Below, piece after piece: positions 36,637 through 44,489 of a stretch of DNA of 64,000 nt. Under the pieces are notes generated by a model. That model made no database searches. It had not been told where the DNA came from and saw only the letters and a program-made list of their open reading frames with translations. How positions within the stretch are numbered: position 1 is the stretch's first letter; every line of letters begins with the position of its first letter. The position numbers and the translations under genes were made by a program. Source of the stretch: a virus (taxonomy: Duplodnaviria; Caudoviricetes); the IMG/VR virus record IMGVR_UViG_3300044513_003764, positions 14,451 to 78,450 of that record; one strand, written 5' to 3'.

Positions 36637-38397
36637 TCAATAACGGCTGTACATCCCGATGTTTTGAGCAGCCTGACGAACCATATCCTGCGTACGCTGA
36701 AGGTAAGGCTTCTCTTGGCGAGCAGTAGCAGCGGCAAGATCAAAATTGCCCTGGGTAGGAGCAACAGCAGCGCGACCAACAGCTTCAGCATTGCCGATAG
36801 CGTTTGCTTGGTTATCTGAACCAAGAGACGTATCAATAGCAGAGGTGGTTATCGACTCAGCACTTTGTTGACTAGCTGCGGGATTTGCGAGTGCGCGGCG
36901 CTGGAGTTCGTAGGCCAGAGCAGGGTTAGCCTCCGCCCATTTGCCAAGGTTGGCTTGCATCTGAGCATCACGGCCAGTAGAGGCTGCGTACTGAGCAAGA
37001 GCTTCCCGGACCACAGGTTGTTTTGCGTATGCCTCGCGAGCTGCAAAGTACTCGGCAGGAGAGGAGTACTTTTCAGGGCTCAGAGGAGCGACCATACGAT
37101 CCAGCGCAGCAGCAGCTGGGTCAGCCTGAGAGAGTGCAGCAATAGCAGCGCTACGCTGATCACCCGTGGTTGCGATGGTGTTAGGGGAGGAAGGCACTGC
37201 ACCAGCGGAAGAACCGATAGCACCTAAAGGAGCTCCGGTCTCATCCCGGAACAAAACGCGAGCCTGTTGGGCTGCGGGAGCCTCAGGAGTTACAGGAGGG
37301 GTGCCGAGTCCAGGTGCCTCTGCGGTGGTAGGGACATTACCAACAGCTGCACTGCCTTCCTCACCACGGTCGCGTAAGGCCAAACCGGCTCCGAGCCCGC
37401 CTGCGGCAGTCAGTCCCCCCAATGCCGCCATGACGCGGGGGTCCGTCAGACCAGAAAGATCAAAGGTCCGAGCTCCCGAAGCCGCATTACGCAATTCCTG
37501 AGCGATAGCAAATGCGCGATCGGCGACGACATCCACAGGGGCAGGACCGGCATCGGCACCAAAGGCGGCGCGGATACCGCGACTCATTTCGGGGGTCTGC
37601 TGACGACCCATGCGAACGAAACGCTCTAAGGTTTCAGGCGGAAGTTGACGGAGAAGTTCAGGATCAATCCGATACTCACCAGTGAACATATCGGGGAGTC
37701 CCTTACCTAAGAAAAGGTTGCGACCCTGTTCACCGACATTGACTGGCGCTTCAATATCAACTGCTCGTGCGCCACCAGAGGCAATCGTTTCTAAATTGCG
37801 CTCGGTAGCAAAGGGTGCTCCACTGTAAGGTTGACCGCCGAGCTTGGTACCCGGTTGACGAATAGCGCCTTTAGACGTGGTGTACTCAGTGAGTGCCTCG
37901 GCCCCGGCACGCTGACGAATAGGCAGTTTGTCTCCGAGCTCCTCAGCAACACGAGTAGCAGCAGGCGCGGGCATCGAGGGAGTAATCAGATCCTCGGTAA
38001 AACGAACAGAGGGGCGTGGCGCCTGAGGCGCCTCCATGCGAGGAGCCAACTCTCCGCCACGAGAGCGAGGACCTTGATAAGACTGAGGGAGAAAACCAGT
38101 AGGCCTGCTACCAGCCGGAAATTCGGGAGCACCTTCCCAAGCAGGTTTAGGTGCTTGGCCTGGAATCTTAGTAGGAACGTCGAGAGTACCTAAGAGACCT
38201 TGGTTCATACCCCTCTGCGAAACAACAGAGGGAAAAGCGGTAAGTTCGTCTACAAGACCTGCCTGTTGAGCTGCTCGGCGTCCGGTTTGCTGGATTTGAC
38301 CGCCCATCATCTCAATCATGGGAGCTAACCCACCCAAGAGACGCTTGGCCATCGCGGGATCCTGGACGGCTTTAAGGACTAAATTGAGCGCACCCAT
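36637..38397 (-). CDS. large A/P/G-rich probable internal virion (ejection) protein
   Basis: 586 aa, low complexity, one hydrophobic segment (MAALGGLTAAGGLGAGLAL). Confidence 0.65.
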   Translation of the reverse strand: MGALNLVLKAVQDPAMAKRLLGGLAPMIEMMGGQIQQTGRRAAQQAGLVDELTAFPSVVSQRGMNQGLLGTLDVPTKIPGQAPKPAWEGAPEFPAGSRPTGFLPQSYQGPRSRGGELAPRMEAPQAPRPSVRFTEDLITPSMPAPAATRVAEELGDKLPIRQRAGAEALTEYTTSKGAIRQPGTKLGGQPYSGAPFATERNLETIASGGARAVDIEAPVNVGEQGRNLFLGKGLPDMFTGEYRIDPELLRQLPPETLERFVRMGRQQTPEMSRGIRAAFGADAGPAPVDVVADRAFAIAQELRNAASGARTFDLSGLTDPRVMAALGGLTAAGGLGAGLALRDRGEEGSAAVGNVPTTAEAPGLGTPPVTPEAPAAQQARVLFRDETGAPLGAIGSSAGAVPSSPNTIATTGDQRSAAIAALSQADPAAAALDRMVAPLSPEKYSSPAEYFAAREAYAKQPVVREALAQYAASTGRDAQMQANLGKWAEANPALAYELQRRALANPAASQQSAESITTSAIDTSLGSDNQANAIGNAEAVGRAAVAPTQGNFDLAAATARQEKPYLQRTQDMVRQAAQNIGMYSRY

Positions 38398-38429
38398 TAC
38401 CGCTAAAGCTTTAAGTCAATAGTGCTAGT

Positions 38430-39050
38430 TTAACGCCAATTTGCGTAGAAGTAGAGCCTGTCAGAACGTGAAACATCAGGCGGTCCAGGAATTGCTTGAA
38501 TAAATTCACCGCCACTTCGCTCAAACCGGTAGCGCGATGCCACGGGATCCCGGTAGTTGGGGACATAAAGCATCTGAGCAAGACGATCACACTCATAGAG
38601 GTAGTTCTCGCGCCAGACTCTCGTAACCTCTCGCTTGTCCTGAATCGAGATAGAACGTGAAACGTCACCAAGAATCGTTTCTTGACGACTCGTGGCGCGA
38701 CCTTGAGCGAGTTCAGTTAAACGCTCAGCCTCTTCGCAGCGTTCAATCTGTTGAACAATTTTGTCGTAATAAAACTCACTAGGAATACTGTTGCAAGCCT
38801 CAAGCAGACGCGCATAATCGCCTGCGGGGACAGTTGCGATGTTATAAGCGAGGTGATACGCGACGCGGCTGAAGTTAAAGTCGTCTAGCGCGTAACCGAA
38901 AACCTGAGCGGGATTACGCGTTAGCTGATTAACAGCGGCGTATATAACCTCGCGTTTAGCAGCGTCAGTGGTCGTGGGCTGAAAAACTACACCGTTTTGA
39001 GCTAGATACGACTGAATCTGCTCAAGTTCGTTAGGAGTTAATTGCGCCAC
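38430..39050 (-). CDS. hypothetical, possible head-tail connector
   Basis: 206-aa helical ORF downstream of the capsid genes. Confidence 0.6.
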   Translation of the reverse strand: MAQLTPNELEQIQSYLAQNGVVFQPTTTDAAKREVIYAAVNQLTRNPAQVFGYALDDFNFSRVAYHLAYNIATVPAGDYARLLEACNSIPSEFYYDKIVQQIERCEEAERLTELAQGRATSRQETILGDVSRSISIQDKREVTRVWRENYLYECDRLAQMLYVPNYRDPVASRYRFERSGGEFIQAIPGPPDVSRSDRLYFYANWR

Positions 39051-39071
39051 GACCTAGTTACTTATGTCTTT

Positions 39072-39530
39072 CTATTCTACGTATACAGAACCCGTAGCAA
39101 AAACTTCGTCCCAATCGACTCGTTTGATCGACGAGAGCTGATCGAGCTTGGTGAAGCGCTCACCGGGAAGAGACTGACGGAGTTCGATGATCTCTTTGGC
39201 GGTCTTAAGGCCAACTCCCGGCAGACACTGAGTAAGACCCTCTGCAGTCAGGTTATTGAGGTTGATCCGATTGTCGATAGGAGGCAGAGGCTTGATGACG
39301 ACAGGTGTTTCTGGCTCATCCTTCTTAAAATTCCTCCGACCACGGCGGACTGACACGGAATTGCTGGTCGCCTTAGGCTCCGTATCTTCCTGGAAGACGT
39401 CAACCTGATCCTTATGGGCAAAAAAGACCTTCCCGGTGGTGTTAGACCGCACCATCAAGTACTCACCGTCATCGTGGGTGGAAATCACGTCGATTTTGAC
39501 GCCACTTGGCTTATAGACTTTGGTGGACAT
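39072..39530 (-). CDS. helix-hairpin-helix (ComEA-like) domain protein
   Basis: RINLNNLTAEGLTQCLPGVGLKTAKEIIELR...FTKLDQL, HHH_3 pattern. Confidence 0.8.
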   Translation of the reverse strand: MSTKVYKPSGVKIDVISTHDDGEYLMVRSNTTGKVFFAHKDQVDVFQEDTEPKATSNSVSVRRGRRNFKKDEPETPVVIKPLPPIDNRINLNNLTAEGLTQCLPGVGLKTAKEIIELRQSLPGERFTKLDQLSSIKRVDWDEVFATGSVYVE

Positions 39531-39573
39531 CTGAAAAAGTCAGTATGTGAGCAGTACTTTAAGCCAAATTAGC

Positions 39574-39837
39574 TTATTCCTCGCGCATACGCTTCAGGTC
39601 CCGGTCAAAATTGTTCAAAAACTCCGCTCGTTTCTCCCAAGTGTCGCCTCCGATCTGACCTTTTTTGGGATTTATGCACTGCGGGTCGTTAGTTCGGTTG
39701 CAAACGAGCCCCGCAAGGTCTAATTCGTTTCCTTTAGAGCCGGTTTTCCAGTGGTGGACTCCGTTTAGCCAAGTTGCGCCGCAACGAGGACACTCTTTAC
39801 GTTCTAACTTGAGATCCGAAAGCTCCCGTTCGTCCAT
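39574..39837 (-). CDS. Cys-rich cyanophage hypothetical protein
   Basis: CPRCGATWLNG.H.W.TG...DLAGLVCN...CINP...GDTWEKR motif. Confidence 0.7.
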   Translation of the reverse strand: MDERELSDLKLERKECPRCGATWLNGVHHWKTGSKGNELDLAGLVCNRTNDPQCINPKKGQIGGDTWEKRAEFLNNFDRDLKRMREE

Positions 39838-39925
39838 AACAGACTAAAAATACGGTGTGCCATATATACTTTGGCACTTAAATGCTTCTTATGTGTTAAA
39901 AATTTCTGTAAGAACACAAAAACAG

Positions 39926-39990
39926 AAAAAAAGCCCAAGGACCTCTCCTTGAGCTATCCCCCTCGTTTAATCGGAGCGTCTCCACGCCCA
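39926..39990 (-). ncRNA. candidate two-hairpin small RNA (about 65 nt)
   Basis: GGGCGT-GGAG-ACGCTC hairpin, linker CGATTAAACGAGGGGGATA, terminator GCTCAAGGA-GAGG-TCCTTGGGC-T7; own promoter upstream; no credible ORF. Confidence 0.55.
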
Positions 39991-39995
39991 AATAA

Positions 39996-40023
39996 AGGCT
40001 AGGACGGGAAACGAGCTTGTCAA
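39996..40023 (-). promoter_or_regulatory. sigma70-type promoter for the candidate sRNA
   Basis: TTGACA-16 nt-TAGCCT, immediately downstream of the capsid-operon terminator. Confidence 0.55.
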
Positions 40024-40028
40024 CCAAG

Positions 40029-40052
40029 AAAAAACCCCTCCCGAAGGAGGGG
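40029..40052 (-). terminator. intrinsic terminator (UUCG loop) ending the capsid transcript
   Basis: CCCCTCC-TTCG-GGAGGGG-TTTTTT. Confidence 0.9.
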
Positions 40053-40078
40053 CACCGTGGTTTCGCGAGGAAACTCTA

Positions 40079-40948
40079 TCAGGCAGGAGAGGTCGAGGTG
40101 TAGATCTGAGACTCGATGACACCATCGGGCTGCAGAGCGACGTCCTGACGCTCGGGGGGCTCGTCGGGAACGATCCAGCAAACTTCGCAGATAGCGAGTG
40201 CTTTGTCTTCGCCGGAGAGCTTGCCAGCGGCGGCACGAGGATCGTACACACCAGAACCCTGGAAGATACCAGAGGCGGCTTGGCTGCTGGAAGCGAACAG
40301 TTTCCACTGAGTCTCGGCACCCAGGGCAGACAGGCTGCTGGAGTCGATGATGTTGGTGGAAGCGGTGCTGCCGTTAGCAATGCGGCTGGTGGCGCCGGTA
40401 ACAGAGGTACCGAACTGACCAGACACAACAGTGCCGTCGACTTTCAGACCTTGGCCCACAGCGGGGATCAGGGTCAGGGTGGGGGTGGCGGAACCACCGG
40501 CAACGCCGGAGCTCACCAGATCACCACCGTCAACACGCAGAGAAGCGCGATACACGTAAGCACCGGCAGGAGCCTTGATGCCGTCGGTGATATCGGCCCG
40601 GACATCCTTGTGGAAGTCGGGGGAAGGAACGATAACCTCGCCGTTCAGGAAAGGTTGCTCGGCGCTGTTCTGACCCGAGCCATAAGGACGGGTGTAGTAG
40701 GACAGCTGGTTGGTGGAACCCAGAGCTTGGAAGCTCAGGTCCACATAACCGACGGCCTGCTGGGCAATCCAGCCGGGACGGAAGACCACGCCCACGGGGC
40801 CACCAACGGGCTGGTTGGTGTAGCTCGTCTGAACGCCATTGGCGTTCTCGAACTGCATGGTTTTTTCTTCGTGCCAGTAACGAAGAACGTTGGTGTAGTT
40901 GCCAGGATAAATCTTGGCAACGTGCAACTGGTTAGAGTTGATCGCCAT
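40079..40948 (-). CDS. abundant virion structural protein (minor capsid, decoration or tube)
   Basis: Directly after the MCP, with the same strong C-ending codon bias; followed by a terminator. Confidence 0.7.
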   Translation of the reverse strand: MAINSNQLHVAKIYPGNYTNVLRYWHEEKTMQFENANGVQTSYTNQPVGGPVGVVFRPGWIAQQAVGYVDLSFQALGSTNQLSYYTRPYGSGQNSAEQPFLNGEVIVPSPDFHKDVRADITDGIKAPAGAYVYRASLRVDGGDLVSSGVAGGSATPTLTLIPAVGQGLKVDGTVVSGQFGTSVTGATSRIANGSTASTNIIDSSSLSALGAETQWKLFASSSQAASGIFQGSGVYDPRAAAGKLSGEDKALAICEVCWIVPDEPPERQDVALQPDGVIESQIYTSTSPA

Positions 40949-40962
40949 TGTTAGTTACCTCC

Positions 40963-42078
40963 TCAAGCGTCGAAAGAGTAACCAACGGTGACGAAGTCAG
41001 CGTTCAGAAGTTCGAAACCTGCGTACAGGCTCCAAATCATCATGATGAAACGGCTGAAGTCGTCGTTGTTGTTCAGGAGAACCTGAGCATTGTTGCCACC
41101 GATGCCAACGCCGGTCGACTGAGGACCGAAGAAGATACCAACTGCTGCGTTGTAGTCAGAGGTGGTGCCACCGATGGTTGCGCTTTGGGTTTGGGTAGGC
41201 ATGTTGGTGCTTTCGAAGAAGCGCACGCCTTCAAACACGAAGCCGGTGGGCATAATCGGTTCGCCAGCCACGAAGGTGGCTTGACCGAAGCCCTGACCCA
41301 TGTACAGCGCAGCGTTGGGCTGCATGCCGGACATGAGGGGATTGATTTGACCGTTGCCAGGATAACGAGCAACTTCACGGAAGTCGCTGTTCTGACGCAG
41401 GTGCATCAGGAAGGTGGGATCGCAAACGCAGCGATAGAAACCATCCTGGAAGGTAGGAGTGTTCCGCTTGCGCAGGCTCTTCACCACGCGCAGGAGGTCA
41501 TCCTTAACGTCGAACTTAGCTTGCTCGGCGTTGGTGTAGGTCAGGGCGCCGGTTGCCAGATCGCCGGGGAAGTAGTAACCACCCTGGGAATCGGAAGCTT
41601 GGCCCTTAGAAACGGCTTTCAGGAGTTCGTTGATGAACACCCGATCACGCCACCGACGGTAGTCATCCAGCAGAGTCAGGCTGCCGATGGACTGGTGGAA
41701 GGTGGTGAGGTTGCCGGTATCCAGCAGGAGACGCTGAGCAGTGATCAGGGTCTCACGAGCAATCTTGAAGGTGCTCGGCTGGGTGGGATCGGACGGATCA
41801 GCAGGACCGGTGTACTCCTTAAGAGTCACCAGGACCTTGTCCTTGACGATATTGCGGCTGTTAGCAGTACCGATGGTCTGCTCAGCAGTACGTTCGCGAG
41901 ATTCTTTGGAGCCGGGGTTACCGAAGAAGCGGTAACGGTCGAGCTGCACAGTCTGGCCGGGTTGCTTCGAGAAATCGTGAACAACCACAGGCTCCGCAGC
42001 CATCTCAACGATGTATGCGGGGTGCGGACGGTACAGTTCGGCACCAAGAATCTTCGGAAAATCATTATCGATGAACAT
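40963..42078 (-). CDS. major capsid protein (N4-gp56-like, HK97 fold)
   Basis: DFSKQPGQTVQLDRY, VTLKEY, G.FEGVRFFESTN motifs; position after portal and scaffold; highly biased codons. Confidence 0.85.
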   Translation of the reverse strand: MFIDNDFPKILGAELYRPHPAYIVEMAAEPVVVHDFSKQPGQTVQLDRYRFFGNPGSKESRERTAEQTIGTANSRNIVKDKVLVTLKEYTGPADPSDPTQPSTFKIARETLITAQRLLLDTGNLTTFHQSIGSLTLLDDYRRWRDRVFINELLKAVSKGQASDSQGGYYFPGDLATGALTYTNAEQAKFDVKDDLLRVVKSLRKRNTPTFQDGFYRCVCDPTFLMHLRQNSDFREVARYPGNGQINPLMSGMQPNAALYMGQGFGQATFVAGEPIMPTGFVFEGVRFFESTNMPTQTQSATIGGTTSDYNAAVGIFFGPQSTGVGIGGNNAQVLLNNNDDFSRFIMMIWSLYAGFELLNADFVTVGYSFDA

Positions 42079-42162
42079 CGATAAGATCCAGAAGAAACTA
42101 CAAAGGTAAGTTTAGGGCAGTTAAGTCGCTATAAGAGCAGAATAGTGTCGCAATCTTAGAGG

Positions 42163-42960
42163 TTAAATTTTAGTGCCGGGGCTAAAAGTTCTCACCATAT
42201 TGCGTACACCTTCACCAAGCACACCATATGTTGAACCGTAATTTGGAACGTAACGCGTGGACTTACCTCGATAACTAAAACGCGTTACCGAACTCATCTG
42301 CCCAGGCGCGGTGCTTCGAACTGCTTCTGCGTATGTGCGGCAGTAAGCAGGGTAGTTGTACTCCCACGCTGCTCTGGATCCGCTTGTGTCGTTAGTCGGG
42401 TTAGTGAGCATCGGTGTTCTGACCCGCTCAAACGATCCCGGACCCCCTGTGATGCCTCCTTCTGTACTCGTATTGTTTGAAGGAGTTTGAAACGGTGAGT
42501 AGTTCTGATTGTCAGGAACAGAGGCTCCGTACCACGTATAAGCGCCAAAATCCCTCAAACCCGGTTGAGGGCCTAGTGCGGTTTGAACGTTGCTGTTAGC
42601 AGTGTGGTACAGACCCTGAGCACGGAAGCCCAGGTAACTATCTAACAAGCCCGACGCGTGTGGATTTACGTTGTTGTAATCAGTCCAGTAGCCAGAAAGT
42701 GCTGCCGGAACAGATCTCCACTCCGTATTTAAATATCCACTACTGTTTGGAGGACCAACTGGGATATTCCCGAAGTCAGCACCTTCAAGATTCACGCCCA
42801 CCCAAGTTTGCTGTACTCCACTCGGATACACATATCCGCTGGAAACAACTACATAGGTGTTACGAATATCTAAGTCGTCACCAGTTCGCTGAGGACCTGA
42901 CTGAACGGGGTGATACAGGTTTTTATCGTATTTCCAATTAGTTAGAGGCGTGTAGACCAT
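42163..42960 (-). CDS. hypothetical virion-module protein
   Basis: 265 aa, Y/G/T/N-rich; upstream of the MCP. Confidence 0.65.
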   Translation of the reverse strand: MVYTPLTNWKYDKNLYHPVQSGPQRTGDDLDIRNTYVVVSSGYVYPSGVQQTWVGVNLEGADFGNIPVGPPNSSGYLNTEWRSVPAALSGYWTDYNNVNPHASGLLDSYLGFRAQGLYHTANSNVQTALGPQPGLRDFGAYTWYGASVPDNQNYSPFQTPSNNTSTEGGITGGPGSFERVRTPMLTNPTNDTSGSRAAWEYNYPAYCRTYAEAVRSTAPGQMSSVTRFSYRGKSTRYVPNYGSTYGVLGEGVRNMVRTFSPGTKI

Positions 42961-43020
42961 CGTGTCACTCCCGATAAATTTATTTTAATGCCCTAAAATT
43001 TTTAGAGATATAAGAGGCCG

Positions 43021-43383
43021 ATGCAGTTACCTTCTGGAGAGGCCTTTTCGGTGTTCCTAGAGGACCCAGAGATATGTATAGCGTCCTCGTCGGGATCAAT
43101 AACTGACGTACTTGTGCATCCACAGAGGGTAAAACGTTTTATACCTTATCTAGTTAAAACGATACTTGCCGGTTACTTGCTGGCCACGTTCGTGAGCCCA
43201 GCAGTAGCTGAAAAATTTAAGCTCACAAAAAAAGAGGCATTAGCTGCCTCCTTTATCTGCGGATATGCAGGAGTAAGAATGCTCAACAGCTTAGAAAAGC
43301 TGGCTGAGGAAGAAATAAAGAAAAGAATTTCGTCCAGGGGTCAGTCGATGACCACGGACTCGTCAAACGAAGACGTGTCCTGA
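43021..43383 (+). CDS. membrane protein, possible holin
   Basis: Hydrophobic segments ILAGYLLATFVSP and ALAASFICGYAG, charged C-terminus. Confidence 0.5.
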   Translation: MQLPSGEAFSVFLEDPEICIASSSGSITDVLVHPQRVKRFIPYLVKTILAGYLLATFVSPAVAEKFKLTKKEALAASFICGYAGVRMLNSLEKLAEEEIKKRISSRGQSMTTDSSNEDVS

Positions 43384-43481
43384 GCAGCGGGGGCGGGCTC
43401 ACTGGTCTGCTGGGGAGCAGGCTCTTGAGCTTTGGGCGCCTCGAGGGGAGGCTTGCGACGAAGTTCACCTAGAGCGCGCAT
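43341..43481 (-). CDS. small hypothetical protein (46 aa), not in ORF track
   Basis: MRALGELRRKPPLEAPKAQEPAPQQ...SVVID*. Confidence 0.4.
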   Translation of the reverse strand: MRALGELRRKPPLEAPKAQEPAPQQTSEPAPAAQDTSSFDESVVID

Positions 43482-43513
43482 AATCCTTAAGTTGCTTCTA
43501 AAAGACTAGCAAT

Positions 43514-43536
43514 AAAAAACCCTCCCGAAGGAGGGT
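43514..43536 (-). terminator. intrinsic terminator (UUCG loop) after the scaffold gene
   Basis: ACCCTCC-TTCG-GGAGGGT-TTTTT. Confidence 0.9.
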
Positions 43537-43562
43537 CGGAGCGATATTCCGGTGAAAGTCTA

Positions 43563-44489
43563 TCAGGCAGCGTCCATGAACAGGAGCTTGTTGCGCAGGG
43601 CCTCAGGACCCATGTTGCTGAGGTAGCGCCAAGCGTTCTCGGGGCTACGGTTCATGACGTCGCTGAATTGCTCCCACTGGTTCTGGGGATTCACGCTCTG
43701 CTGAGAACCACCTGCGTTAGCGGGGGGAGCAGGCATGTCGTAGCTCTGCTGGTAAGCCTGTTGCTGAGGAGAAGCAGCAGGTCCGTCGATATCCACGGGG
43801 ACAACCTCGGTGAAGAAGCGATCGGTGTAGTCAGCCAGGGTGTCGGGGTTGGTCAGGATGGTCTGCATGGCGTTGTGACGGCCAGACAGATCATCCATCG
43901 CACCTGCTTGCTGGATCAGCATGTCCTCGAGGGCGCATGCGTACTGATTCAGAATGCCAGGGGCTTCGACACCGAAGTGCTCAACGACGGCGCGAGTTGC
44001 GTCGCTGATTGCCGGAGCGGCGCTCGTCCGGGCCGTAGAAGCCTGAGAGGAAGCCTGGGTCTGTGAGGCGTTGGTAGACGAGATCTGCGCTTCCTGGGGC
44101 GCCTGGTAAGCCCAGGGTTGGGCCTGTAAATTCTGATTGATCTGTTGCGTACCCTGCAGACCAGTTGTCTGGGAGGGATACTGTGGTTCCTGGCTGAGGG
44201 ATTGAGAGTTGACCTGGGACAGCACCCGCTCCAGGGAACCCATTGCTGCTTCCCAAGGGTTGCTCGGGGAGGAGACGGACGTTGACGGGCTGTACTGGTT
44301 GCTGATAGAAGGGTCCGTAGCCGGTGCCACCTGCGACGGCGGTTGGGCTGTAGGTACCGAAGCTACCGCCGGGGTAGCTGTTTGCGCCACCCATTGCGGG
44401 AAGGCGGTCGAGCCCTGGTCCGAGGTTACCGCCGGGGCTGCCGCCGGGGAGACCGGGCTCGGGGTCGAAGCTTGGATCTGCTGGCTCAT
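43563..44489 (-). CDS. putative capsid scaffolding protein
   Basis: Between portal and MCP; Q/S/P/A-rich N-terminal half, helical C-terminal half; biased codons. Confidence 0.65.
   Translation of the reverse strand: MSQQIQASTPSPVSPAAAPAVTSDQGSTAFPQWVAQTATPAVASVPTAQPPSQVAPATDPSISNQYSPSTSVSSPSNPWEAAMGSLERVLSQVNSQSLSQEPQYPSQTTGLQGTQQINQNLQAQPWAYQAPQEAQISSTNASQTQASSQASTARTSAAPAISDATRAVVEHFGVEAPGILNQYACALEDMLIQQAGAMDDLSGRHNAMQTILTNPDTLADYTDRFFTEVVPVDIDGPAASPQQQAYQQSYDMPAPPANAGGSQQSVNPQNQWEQFSDVMNRSPENAWRYLSNMGPEALRNKLLFMDAA

Noticed and set aside
40280-42084. Long antisense ORFs (224 aa and 378 aa) opposite the MCP and the post-MCP gene
   Set aside because: They mirror the sense genes codon for codon; highly biased sense codons avoid TTA/CTA/TCA and so remove antisense stops; the translations have no recognisable motifs
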